This document shows, in pieces, positions 1-12,000 of a DNA stretch of 64,000 nt (position 1 is the stretch's first letter; each line of letters opens with the position of its first letter). Origin of the DNA: Tubiluchus corallicola (taxonomy: Eukaryota > Animalia > Priapulida); assembly GCA_030141605.1 (NCBI GenBank), contig JAQGDQ010000164.1, positions 248,001 through 312,000 on the forward strand. The letters run 5' to 3'. Made by a program: the position numbers and the translations under genes. The notes beneath the pieces are model-generated. The model saw only the letters and a program-made list of their open reading frames with translations. It ran no database searches and was not told the DNA's origin.

Positions 1-109
1 GCTGTGTTACGCTACATTATATTATAACTAAACGTGAACTTGTGTCACAATTCTAATTGTACTGCAGTTCAGTTATTCGCTCCACTGTCAGTAAACTGGA
101 CATAGCCAA

Positions 110-305
110 AAACTACTATAGACCTAGACTTACCATTCCAGTACCATTTCGTTTACGGTACTGTTCATGTTGCAGCTCATAAACTACTATAGCCATAGAC
201 TTACCATCCAGTACCATTTCGTTTACGGTACTGTTCATGTTGCATAGACTTACCATTCCAGTACTATTTCGTTTACGGTACTGTTCATGTTGCAGCTCAT
301 AAACT
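110..305. repeat. Imperfect tandem repeat, ~3 copies of a 60-70-bp unit
   Basis: Core TAGACTTACCATTCCAGTACCATTTCGTTTACGGTACTGTTCATGTTGCA occurs three times. Confidence 0.9.
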
Positions 306-516
306 TATCATCTTGTAAAATATTCAGTTTATGATTTTTTTCATGAACTCCGGCTGTACCAGTGAAAAATTACCTAATTTTTGAACGGACCTGTAGAACT
401 GGCTACATTGAAGGAACATAAGCAGCTATGCCAACAGAATGATATCACGTGTTGAAGGATCAGTGTGGCGTATCAAAGAAATGATATCAGACGTCAATTA
501 AAAAACAACGTAAATA

Positions 517-559
517 ATGACGATGATGATGATGGTGATGACGATGATGATGATCATGT

Positions 560-590
<31 letters not shown>

Positions 591-627
591 ATAATGATGA
601 TGATGACGATGATGATGATGATAATAA
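517..627. repeat. (GAT)n/(GCT)n microsatellite
   Basis: Direct reading. Confidence 0.9.
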
Positions 628-1048
628 TCTTCATTTAAAGTCGGCTTTTTGGATAAACAATAAACACAAGCTCCAATAAGCTCCGATTGTAAATAGCAGT
701 CTACAACTACATAACAGAGACTATTATTACCCCACTTTTACCCTAAATGCCATATGCCAGGCAAAGCAACAGCAGGTACCATTTTTAAAGTTTTTGGTGC
801 GACCCGATGTCATAGAGCAGTTGTTCTACACAAAAATTAAATACTACAAGTAAATAAGCTATCACGAATCGATTGAGTTATTTTAACTCACAAGGAACGT
901 AAGGAACCAAGGCAATTTTCGTTTGTGCGCAAAACTATCGTATTTCTTCTCTTTTTTTTTGGTTGAACTATTTTGGAGGTAAGCGTAATGATAGGGAACT
1001 ACTTGTGAAGAGCAGCACTGTGGAATACCTTATCCAAAGAAATAAAGA

Positions 1049-1207
1049 CTAGATGGTAACTGTCTGTAAAAGGTCCTCTCTCAAATGCCTTTTGAAACTG
1101 TTAACTAATGAAGCACTGATGGTTGATGATGTAAGATGATTCCAATGTTGAACTACGCGATGCCTAAAGAAATGTGATCTGATATTGGTTCTAGCTGGTT
1201 GCACAAA
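1049..1207 (-). mobile_element. CR1/L2-clade LINE 3' fragment (ORF2 C-terminus)
   Basis: Translates to ARTNIRSHFFRHRVVQHWNHLTSSTISASLVNSFKRHL...stop, the typical CR1/L2 ORF2 tail (FF..RVV..WN.L...S...FK..L). Confidence 0.8.
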
Positions 1208-1699
1208 TAACGAAGCTTTAAACAATTATTTAATTAATTTTTTTAGTTAACTAAATTCTTTTAGTTAATTTGACTTCTGCTTCAACACAGTTGGTTTGAC
1301 TGTTTGTTTGGTTGTTTGTTTTTGTCTGTTACAGCAGTAAGCCATTTACTCAAAAACTATCTAGCAGATTTCCAGAAACTTTGTGAGGAAAGGCGGGTAT
1401 AGAGCACAAAAATTGGAATCGTTTCGCCAGTTCTCCTTTCGCAAAACTTGACCGAACACCGCATATAAAAAAAACACTCGAAAATCACTTCACGAGTAAC
1501 CTTTACTCATTAGTGTATAGCCTTATAGACTTGATACGCATATTATTGTCAGTCTATTAATTACTACCGCCAAAATTAATGATGAAAAGGGCAGATAAAC
1601 ACTATGTGGAACATTCGTCCATTACTCGATAGAAATCCAATCTGCTTCTTACTGAGCGCATTCTAGTTTTCTTATAAAATCAATTCCATCAAAATAACA

Positions 1700-1818
1700 C
1701 GTGCCTTTTTTACCTACTTTTCCATTTGTGCCGTTTTTTCTATACCATTTTTACCTGCGCCATTTTTCTGTGCCATTTTACCGTGTCATTTTTCCCTGTA
1801 CCATTTTTACCGCGCACC
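1700..1818. repeat. Array of GCCATTTTTAC-like motifs, probably one arm of a foldback DNA transposon
   Basis: About 7 variants of (g/a)CCATTTTT(a/c)C ending ...ccgcgcacc; transposon origin is inferred. Confidence 0.55.
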
Positions 1819-2418
1819 CTATAGTCTACATACGCCCATTTTAGAGCTGCTATGCGATTTAGATAGGAAGAAAGACCAATACTTGATAAATATGACGAAG
1901 TATAGGTGTAAGGATTCTCACTGAAATTCACGCTTGGCTCTTCCTCCATCCATATGGAATGTCACTGCGTTTTTGAACATTCATATGTAGTTTTCACGGA
2001 TATAAGGTATAAGTTTCGAACAAATTTAAAAAGAACCACCAACACAATACCTGAACAAAGCAAAGCCATATTTTTCATGCCAGTTAAACAAGCAAAATAA
2101 TATTATAATCTGTGTACCTGTAAGTCTTGCGTGCCCTGGGCTGCTTGTCGGGTTTGCGTAGGCTCCCTATTTGCACAACTTACCTTTACTGCATCTCCTC
2201 CTAATAATGCTGCCTGCGTCCTAGCGATTTCTTGCATTTCCTGTCTTTTCCTGGCTCTTGACCTGGATCCTAAGTAAGAAATGAAAACTAACTAAGCCCA
2301 CTTAGTTTGTAGCAAAGCTTGAGGCCTTTTTTCTTATTGTGGGTTTGAGTATAACAGCAGAACCACCAACAACAGTTTTACAAATGAAGATGCCTTACTG
2401 TCCAGAAACTTATAATGG

Positions 2419-2463
2419 GTTGCTATGTTGCTATGACCTGAGAAAGAGTGTTTATGATGTCAC
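2419..2463 (-). promoter_or_regulatory. Composite motif module A (RFX half-sites + forkhead/CRE)
   Basis: GTTGCTATG x2, then AGTGTTTATGATGTCAC. Confidence 0.45.
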
Positions 2464-2908
2464 CAAGAATGTCCTCACTCCCAACACGCCAAATTTGCAA
2501 TGAAGAAGAAGTTTGGACAAAGTTGTCCCGTGCCTAACGGTGTAGTGATATAATTATTATCATATTATTATTCAGATTCAATTATTTAAGCTGAGCATAC
2601 ACTCCGTAGTCTTAAGAAGATTACCAGCTATTATGCCTTCCGTAAATCACCAATAAGATTTAATTTATATAATAAATTTAATAAAAATAATAACAACACT
2701 TCTCTGTAGGAAGAACTGTAGGATTAATAAATACTTAAGAGAAAAGATGTAGGAACTATGAAACTTTAAAGTTTATTTTAAAAATTTAATTTCGCCTTCC
2801 CCAGTGTTGTGATTTGAGAATCTCTCCGCCCAGAGCCAAGAGGATGCTACAAGAAACGGTTTAGGGGTATATAAAAAAGAATAGTTTTTTAAATAATTGA
2901 ATACCTGC

Positions 2909-3289
2909 TTATTCTGAATCTAGTTGAATTGAATTGAATTCTGTCTTCGTACTTCGGAAGAAATGATTAAACTTGTACATCAGCGTTGCTCCATTCTCTT
3001 CTAGTCCTCTCTTCCAAATTCGCTAGAAACGGTAAATGCAAAATAGTTCAACTAAATAGATAATACAGAATCGATCAGAAAAATCATTCCTGCAAAACTA
3101 GCTCGTTACCTTACATCCTAACAGAGGCTTTAGCCGAAGAAACCATCCTGTTGACCTGTTTTTTCCTTTCAAGGAGCTGTAAATTTCCTGCCAAGAACCT
3201 ATGGGATGAATAGAAACCGGTCTACACGATGGTGTGGGTCTCTGAAAGAGATGAAGGATTGCGAGTTGATTGAGGCAACGTTTTAGCAT
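2909..3289 (-). CDS. Putative small spliced ORF, 97 aa (module B), no recognisable family
   Basis: 3289-3110 joins in frame to 3022-2909; further intron 2904-2847; AATAAA at 2777-2772. Could equally be non-coding. Confidence 0.3.
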
Positions 3290-4317
3290 TACGGTTCATG
3301 GTTTTGCAAGAGAATTTAAAGAAATTTGCCTCTAAAGTACTTGCTTTTACTTGAGAATCCACCCGGAATAGAAGCAATCTACGAGGACCTCTTTGAGCAA
3401 TCTGCTTAATGTGTGTAATGGCCAAGAAACTGTTGCTATGACGTCCAAATCTAATGACGAGCTAACATTTGTGACATCAGTGAGGACGTCTACTGTCGTT
3501 GACCACAGATATTGAAGACATCTATAGTCATAGATATCTCACAGACATACCAGATAAGTCTCTGGTATTGAATGCTTTTAATTCTGCTATTGGACGAGGT
3601 AAAAACCGAGTGGTCACGATAACAACTTAGCATCCAAAGTGAAGCAATGCTAAAAACAGTTTGTAAATGGATAGAGGACAGATACAATACTAACTGTGCA
3701 GTGTCATTCACCATGTTGATCTCATTGAGGGACGATGTATTTGCATCTGAACCTCCCCCCTCCCTCTTGTTGTTTCTCTTTCTGCCATCCTTTAATTATC
3801 TGCAGTGCTTTGACTAATGACTATCAACAATCGTAATCATTAAAATGACGCAGTATTTAAGGTATCAATTTTGTTTTTTTTTTATTTTATTTTGGCACAA
3901 TTTCGTCGGTACAATTTAAAGTTGTTTTAGGATAAAATTCCTTTCTGTCAGTAATTTGCACTGAATCATTTGCTGCATATAATTACTTTAAATTCAATTG
4001 ATTGTCATAGTATTTGAAATATATTTTAATAAATAATAGAAATTATAAAAATGTGAAAACACCGAGGCTTTGAGAACCACGCAGATTTGTTAATATCTTG
4101 GGATCAACATTTTTCCAATAAATTAAGCTTCCTCGGGAATTTTTTACGGTTCTTTTGTGGCAGAACCGGATCCTTGCTCATTTAAAAGGTAATTCTGTGA
4201 GATGAAACACTGAACTGGTAAAGTTACATACGGATGCATTTACATCTTCTCTACACAACAAGAAATGAACGAAATGGTTCGGAATCAGAGTAAAAGTAAC
4301 TTGAGTGTGAGCCCAAG

Positions 4318-4400
4318 AGTGATTTTCCTAAGCAGTCTCGCAACAAATCAGTTTTAGGCAACTTTGGTGTTGCTTAACTTCGGTAACGAATCACACGCCG
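4318..4400 (-). mobile_element. 5S-like SINE relic
   Basis: Reverse strand reads CCGAAGTTAAGCAAC...GAGACTGC..GGGAAAATCAC. Confidence 0.45.
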
Positions 4401-5297
4401 TGATTACTCACTATTGTGCATATTCAAATATCAACACGATTCCCTACCAAATCGTTCTGACGTTACAAGTCGAGATCTACTTTCTTGCCTTTACGAGTTG
4501 ACCATTTTTTCATTATATGATCCCTATTAATCAATAGTTAAAATAAACTACTTTTTATTGCGCATTATCTTTTCTGGGAAAAAACATGTTCTGTGAAATT
4601 CCTGTGCTTTTTGTCGGAGAGGAAAAATTTTCTGGGAAACGAGTCTATACCACTGCTGCCACAATTGATCCTATTTAAACATCGTTACTTTTATTATCAT
4701 AATAATAATATAGGTATAATTACATCATGGAGATATACTGTAATTTTTATCTGGGCCTGATAATTGTAATAATAGTTAACATATGTTAATATGTTAATTA
4801 TATCAATAAATACAGTAAAAACTCCACTGTTAGTAGGAACATTTCTGTTACAAGGTCCTGCAGTCTTACTGTAGTGCCTACTGCAGTATCATGTGCCAAC
4901 TGTGATCATGCTAACACACCGCAGATAGTTATCGAACCTGCTGATATATGTAGCAATTTTCACTCTGAAGTAACTGCTGGTTGATGCTGAAGTAGTCAAA
5001 GGTTTTTTGACAGCATGTGACAAGGTGGATTCTATTTTATATTTGCAATGATGGAAATTATCACGGTCTTAGTTAATGATACTTACAAATATCTGTCACA
5101 AATACATGTACAGCATAAATAGATTAATATGTTATACAATAATATAATATTTTCGTCTGACTACATTACTGCTAAATGCGTAATGTCGCTTTCATTTAAT
5201 TCACATTACTTGGGGAAGACCTTTCCATTTTCTGAAAGGTTTCCCTACTCGCAAATTACTTCTTCGAAATGAACAATACAAGAGCGTTGCTGTTCAA

Positions 5298-5511
5298 GTA
5301 CTTACCCTTGCAGTTCCTTCAGAATCTTGGGTTCTTACTGGGGTCCGTACCCTTGCAGTTCCTTCAGAATCTTAGGTTCTTACTGGGGTACTTACCCTTG
5401 CAGTTCCTTCAGAATCTTGGGTTCTTACTGGGGTACTTACCCTTGCAGTTCCTTCAGAATCTTGGGTTCTTACCGGGGTCCGTACCCTTGCAGAATCTCT
5501 AAGATCTTGGG
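5298..5511. repeat. 45-bp minisatellite, ~4.5 copies
   Basis: TACCCTTGCAG at 5303, 5348, 5393, 5438, 5483. Confidence 0.95.
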
Positions 5512-5706
5512 TCGTTAACAGTGTCTGTGATATCTTGCCTTCCTGAAATAAGGAAGAACTCGAAAACACATAAACCTGTTGGTCTCGAAAGTTTAACGAT
5601 TTTAGTCGTAATTTCTCAGGAGTTTAAATAAAAATTAACAAACCTCCGTCAGTAGATTTGCTGAGCAACTCCGGAGTTCTTGCCCTCTTGTGGTAACTAA
5701 GAAGCT

Positions 5707-5733
5707 GTTGCTAAGAAGTGTTTATGGCGTCAC
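5707..5733 (-). promoter_or_regulatory. Composite motif module C
   Basis: GTTGCTAAG, then AGTGTTTATGGCGTCAC. Confidence 0.45.
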
Positions 5734-5989
5734 AGGAAAATGTCCCTAAACCGGGCTACACGTCATTTCCGTATAAGATGACATCCATCTGTATAAATTT
5801 TGAATAAACGATTAACAAAACGCTACTATAGGGTCTATTTAAATTATACAATAATTATTGTTTTTTGTACAGTTCGGAATCGTGCAAGCTATAATCCAGC
5901 ATTCATTAGCAGGTCAAACGCAGATTTTATGCTTATGGCGAGACTAGAACCTCGCTTATTATCAAGGCAAAGCCACTAAGATGAGCCAC

Positions 5990-6160
5990 TGAACTGGCAG
6001 AGGTGGCTTAATCACATTCAGATGTAAGTACGACTATCCTCTACAAGGTAAACAGCCAGAATCAGCATGAACCTGCTTTGAGGGAGAACAAAGTTTCTCA
6101 TTCATCCATTAGCTGACCAGCCTCTGCGCCATTCTTAACTTCAATAAGAGACATACACAA
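5990..6160 (-). mobile_element. Ancient SINE relic, same family as 23640-23810
   Basis: AGAGGTG.CTTA...TTCAGAT...AGGTAAACA.CCAGAATCAG shared with 23640-23720, followed by a reversed 5S-like segment. Confidence 0.6.
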
Positions 6161-6869
6161 GTGCAGTGTCATTGTCAAAAGTGGGTGTTGGTGATAATAG
6201 CTGCACGTCTGCAGACGATACTGAGACCCAAAAATCATTGCGCAAATTGCCCATTGATATATTAGTTTTTATCATGCATATCCACGCTTAGGGCACAAGG
6301 ATGACAGAAATAAAAAATAAAAACAAAATCCCTAGCTTAGGCGTATTCACTACGTTCTTTTTCTGTCAATGGACGAGGCAGGCCTTCAGAATTCTACGTT
6401 AGTTGCTCCCTGGTGAAGCCATAATTGAACTATCTGGTACGCCTTTAACTGCTATTTCTGGCAACACCAGCAGTTAATATCTTGGATTCCGCAAGAAAGC
6501 TCTGAAAACCTTTTGCACGCCAACTGAGATTCGAACCTACGCCTTCTTCTTTCACCGTCCAATTCGCTGTGAAGAAAGTGTTTATATAAGCTCCTGGACG
6601 GAAAGAATGATCATTACACTTTTCTGTAAATTCGGCACTAGTTTTGCTTTCAACCTACATATTTATCTAGAACTTATAACGGTATATTTAAGTAGTAATT
6701 AGCGTTTCTGTAGAGTGTAGAGTAACAAAATGTTATATACTTAATATATTACTTTAATAAAATAACCAATAAGGCTGATATTTTAATGAATATCAATTTT
6801 TTTAAATAATAATAATTTCGTTTAGGCATGGTCAAGAGATTATACCTTGAGTACCTCAACGCTTATTTT

Positions 6870-7005
6870 CAAGACGGTCCTGATTATTATTACCTGCACG
6901 TTCCATCAATAAACCTTGATCGTAGTACCGGGGGTACTATTTCCCAATTCTTTGGTATGACTCAGTCGGGAGTTGAACCAGAGACCTCCCTGGCTAGCGA
7001 GCACA
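6870..7005 (-). mobile_element. tRNA-derived SINE relic (related pieces at ~720-810 and ~29160-29245)
   Basis: Reverse B-box GGTTCAACTCC followed by GAGTCATAC-AAA; same motif near 29170-29190. Confidence 0.5.
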
Positions 7006-8261
7006 ACTGGATGACCGGATTCTGATGCTCTCAAAGCCGACAATTCAGAAAAACCCAAGTGACCTTCTCATTAGGCTTGCTATGTGGGTGAGGGTGACTG
7101 GCTGCCTCACATGTTAAGCATGTTAATTATTATTGTTGAGCTGGTTCCATGACGAATGTACTACCCACCCCTTTAGGTAATATGGGATTCGGAAGGAAGC
7201 TCACAACACGTATACTCCAGAAATTAGCCCCTTCAAACGTGATTAAATTTCTTACAAATTTAAACGCATTGGAATTGGTGGTTGCCTCAATTAGATCTTC
7301 TGACTGTTTAGAATTTTTGCAATTAATTAAATTATAATGTTTAATTAAAATTCGCCCGTAATCCCGACTGTTAGGCGAAGTAATATGAGAACATGACACG
7401 TGTCAGCGGAGCAGCCGATAAAGAGAGTACAGTAGTAAAAACGCAAAAATGTATCGCTGGTAAAAAATGATTGCACTTGTAGCCAGGTTATTGTCAAATT
7501 TAATGTGAAAAAATAAATACTGTACTTATTTACTTACTTAATGGCGGTCACTTATTTACAGTGATTTTATGCGTTTGTATTTGATTGTCGCTGGATTTCC
7601 GTTGAAGAATGCAGTCAATCAAATTTTTGTATTGTGACGAACAAGCTCTTTTGAGGTTTCCTCTGAATTGCATGAAAGACGAATCAGTTGAGAAATGAAC
7701 GGCGAATGCAGTGAATGCTCTAGGAAAAACAGCTAAAAACAACTATACTAACGGGACCCGGAGTCCAACCAAAGCGGCTAGCCTCCCCAAGGTAAAACTT
7801 ATGATTTCTTAATCTTAAGTGTAATACCTTTCATTACAAAAGCCAATATAAAAAGAATGCTCTCCCAACAGCCGGAGTCTGCGTCAATAGTTCGCGTTTG
7901 CCTCTGGATGTTAAAATCAAGAAAACACGAAGCCTTAACCGAGTTTTGTGGTCCTCTTTTCAATAAGGACAAAAAGCGCTCCTTGGTCTTCACTTCAGAG
8001 TTTCTAAGTAATTTCTCGTGTTTTAAATTTAAGGTTTTATAATACATCTATCGTTCTCCAAGCTATTTATCATATTTTTTTCTAAATAAATAACAGAGAA
8101 ATTCTATTATGATATTATTAAATTCTGTGTACCTGTCTTCCTCGGACTCTATGCGTGCACCCTCGGACAAACAAAAGTTCCGCTAAATCTTCTTTTACTT
8201 GAAGAACAGCATCCTTCTCTTTAGATTTGTTAGGTAAAACGATAAACATCAAAGAGACGCC

Positions 8262-8300
8262 GTTGTCACCCAGGTAAAGAGTGAGTATTTATGACGTCAT
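8262..8300 (-). promoter_or_regulatory. Composite motif module D
   Basis: GTTGTCACC, then AGTATTTATGACGTCAT. Confidence 0.45.
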
Positions 8301-9807
8301 TACATGTGTACGTAGTCGTCACTTAGTGAAGAGATCTGGTACGTCATCGATCGATTCGTCAGATATCATAATTATAATCGTTTAAATAATATATTATTAT
8401 TATAATAATAATACGCAACTGGATTAAACGAATTAAAATAAATTATGTTTCACCAGCTTGAACAGGGTTGTTAAATACTTAAACACTATAGCTTTAAACA
8501 CTATCATTATGTTTCGATATAAATTGCTCTTTTCTTCAAATGCGAGGTGAAAGTCTCGTCAAAATTACAGAATTACAAAGTTACAAGGTTTTTGGTAGAT
8601 ATTGAATTAAGGTAATTCAAAAAGCACGATAATATTTTTTAATTGAGCAAATTTAGAAAACAAAAAAATAATTAGCATACGAAAGGATCGCTATAAGCAA
8701 TACGATAACATAATTACGATAAAAAAGTATTACATGGACGATTAGACGAAAACAGCAGAATTTTTATTGTCATCCCTTCCCACTTTCTTAGTAGTAACCT
8801 AATAACTGTTTTTGTTAAAACATTGTGTTTGATATGATGCTTATTACACTACTATTTTGCAATCAGGTTACCTGAAAAATATAAGTTTTTTAATTTCATG
8901 TACATATTAATGCTATTGATAAATGTGTTTAATTTTGACCTACGTATGAATTCTTTTAATGGAAATTGCAGGCTTTCTTATAATATGACTTTAAGTTCTA
9001 ATTGATTTAATTATTCTGTCTGCTAAGCTGCCGTTCTACACACAAGTTTGCTTAATTCCACTTCTTTCAACATCTTTAAAGCAAAAACTAAGTCTTTCGG
9101 AATGTTCAGCTTATTCTAAATTTTTTTAAAAATGTTTTAAAGTTTCAGCAGTAAAACTGTGATAAGCACCTCGTGTAATTAGTAAAATTAATTTAAAGTC
9201 CCGTCCATGTCATGTTTTGGCTCGCTCATTTTCAATGAAAAAGGCTGTCATCTGTTTAGAATGCAGTTAATAAACCCTTATCCTCCCATGTAGTTGAGCA
9301 ATGTTTTTTGCAGGTGCAGCTACAATTATCAACTACATGTATAAACTATTCAAAGCGTTAAATTAGAGATTATTAATACAATTTTTTTTGTTTTTTGATG
9401 ATCTCGTTGTCATAAACTTTTGCAATAAAAAACTGTTACTGATGATAATGTAATAGCCTTAAATAACCCAACAAAGTAACAGAATAGTTATCTTAACAAA
9501 CTATACTGAACTCCCTAAAGTCTAAACTAAATAACCCATCTGGAGTTAAGGATGATTATAAATTTCTTTTACAGTTTTAAAAAAGGCATTTCATGTGTGT
9601 ACATTGTGTGGTAATTCCAATATTTTTTGTGTATTAAAGTATAGCTGTAATGAGCTGCATTTGGATCTAGAAGCTTCCCATTTGTATACATGCTTATTGT
9701 TCAAATTACTAAATATCCAAACACGAACATCAACTTGTAACTCGAAAAAGTCAGTCATGTCCACACAATGTCATTAAGCTGACTAAATTTTCGCCTGTTA
9801 CGGACAG

Positions 9808-9951
9808 GAAAACTTCCAGAGATTGTTTGAGATCCAGGAAAGGTTGCTGGGTGGTAAGAAAGAGATAGTGAAGCCAGGGAGGATGCTCATCAAACAGGGA
9901 GAACTAATGAAGTTGTCACGCAAGGAGCCTGCGCCACGGATGCTGTTTCTG
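9808..9951 (+). pseudogene. Isolated exon of an FGD5/FGD6-like RhoGEF (DH-PH junction)
   Basis: 144 bp, cag|...|gtaaa; ENFQRLFEIQERLLGGKKEIVKPGRMLIKQGELMKLSRKEPAPRMLFL resembles the start of the FGD-family PH1 domain. No neighbouring FGD exons seen, so it may be a fragment or part of a gene broken at the gap. Confidence 0.75.
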
Positions 9952-10392
9952 GTAAAATGATAATATAATAGTCCCTCATTTTATTTTCCTTAAAGAAATT
10001 GCTGAGAAGTGCTGAAAAAAACAAAACAGAAAACAGAAAACAGAAAGTGACAATGGTTAAAAAATACTAAAATTTGAAAAATATTATTACATTTTTTATT
10101 ATTAGGTTTATTTATTTATCATTTTAGCACAACACTATAAAATACAAATTACTATAATTACAAATTGACAGTGCATTGCAGTGCTATGAGCATAATTAAC
10201 TTTTAAGCTAAGCTCGATGTGGATGACCATTAATTATGACATAAACAAGGTAATAAGAAATCAATACTCTATGCAAGCATCTTGATATAACTATAACGAA
10301 GGGTCATACTGGACTAAATATAATTGAGACATCTGTTCACTGTTGGTTATGTAAGTCATTTGAACCTAATTAGCCACACAGTTTTATCATTA

Positions 10393-10584
10393 CACATCCC
10401 ATACTATTATTAGAAACAGTCTTTGGAGTTGGCACCCTCAATTTGATAAAAAAATTAACACCAATGATGGAGCAAATAGCAATTTTTTTATAATTACACA
10501 TCTTATACTATTAGAAACAGTCTTTGGAGTTGGCAATTTTAATTTGATAAAAAAATTAACTTCAGTGATGGAGCAAATAGCAAT
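10393..10584. repeat. Tandem duplication of a ~100-bp unit (2 copies)
   Basis: TTAGAAACAGTCTTTGGAGTTGGCA...GATGGAGCAAATAGCAATT twice. Confidence 0.9.
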
Positions 10585-11229
10585 TGTTTTTACTATCACT
10601 CATTATCACGATCTTAACAATCCTGGCTGCTAACCCATGCATTAACTTTAAAATACTGCATTTCACCGAAAAACTATGGAACTCATGAATACTTTTCTAA
10701 AACCTCGTTTTTCGCATAAGTCAGAGAATATTAGTTACTTCGAATTCTGTTATATTCTAATATTCTGTTTTGCTATAATTCTGTTATAGATTTCTAGGGC
10801 CTCTCACGCAGATGTTCGTGGCTGTAGACTAGTGTGGCAGGGGCCCCTTTTTGGCTTATTATAAATTTAACGAGAACTTGAAGTTCATTAAATGAATAAG
10901 TCACTCAGGAAAATATTATTGTTTGCATCAGTTCTAATCTCAGGCTTCTCGGTAATGCGTTTTCCTCTGTAACAGATGAGCTGAATGTAACCTTTCCGTG
11001 ATTATTTCTGTATTTTCTTGCCAAATTTTGACGTTAAATTACAAGGGATTATTGGAACTGCTGACGGCTGGATTATCATTGCCGAGTTATGAATCCATGA
11101 CTTGTTAATCAACAGAGAGTCTTGTTTGTACACATTGAGGCATATGACAGTCAAATCAATCAATTAACGAGCTAACGAGGCTTAACCTCACCTGTTCTTG
11201 GCATTTGCTTTACGTTTTTTTAGCAATGT

Positions 11230-11588
11230 CTATGGCATTGTTTACGCTGTGCCTATTTTAGTACTACATGTAATGGTGCATAGCATTGTCAAGGCTATGC
11301 CTAGTTTGGTAATGATGGTGCATGACATCGTTAAAGCTGTGCCTTTTTTGGTAAACGTGGGGCATGATATTGTCGAGGCTGTCTGTCTTGGTAATAGTGG
11401 TGCATGATATTGTCAAGGCTGTCTGTTTTGGTAACAGTAGGGCATAACATTGTCAAGGCTGTGCCTGTTTTGGTAATAGTCGTGCATGATATTGTCGAAG
11501 CTGTGCTTGTTTTGGCAATAGTGGTGCATGACGTTGTCAAGGTTGTGCCTGTTTTGGTAGTAGTGGTGCATGACACTGCCAAGGCTTT
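11230..11588. repeat. Degenerate 42-bp minisatellite, ~8 copies
   Basis: Unit ~GTGGTGCATGATATTGTCAAGGCTGTGCCTGTTTTGGTAATA. Confidence 0.9.
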
Positions 11589-11997
11589 GCAGTTTCGTTG
11601 GCATGCAACAAGACTCTTATATATACCATTTATATTGATATTTATCGAAGAAAGCAAACTCAGCAAAGAAACTAAAGTAGAAATTGTATAATGTCATTCT
11701 GATTTAAATATCAACCCGAAACACTTTCATTATGCATGTCAAGCAAAAACATAAAGTTTTTCCATTGACATTCCATTTTCCATCCAAGAATATTTGTTGT
11801 TTGGAAGTTTTTTTAAATTTATTTGTAATGTTTTACCCGTAATTAATTTACACCGATACTCAGAGTTATAGTTTACTTGCAATCCTTTGTTTTGGAATGT
11901 ACATGAAGCATATGGGCCTAGAGAAACTCAGTGTAGGATAATTCAAAAACAACAATACATTGATGATGGCTGCGATAATAATCGCAAAAACGATGGC

Positions 11998-12000
11998 NNN
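11998..12000. other. Assembly gap (NNN)
   Basis: Three N bases. Confidence 1.

Noticed and set aside
110-305. Repeats with a small internal hairpin resembling a CRISPR array
   Set aside because: No unique spacers; ordinary tandem duplication
5269-5518. Plus-strand repeat ORFs, and a possible CRISPR-like array
   Set aside because: Contiguous 45-bp tandem units without unique spacers, eukaryotic context, no cas genes
7620-7791. Plus-strand exon-like block ending CCAAG|GTAAAA
   Set aside because: The only frame open to the donor has no ATG and no similarity I recognise; it cannot be linked to the FGD exon on sequence alone
11198-11691. Overlapping ORFs with VVHDIVKAVPVLV-type repeats
   Set aside because: Products of a 42-bp minisatellite with frameshifts between units; no exon structure
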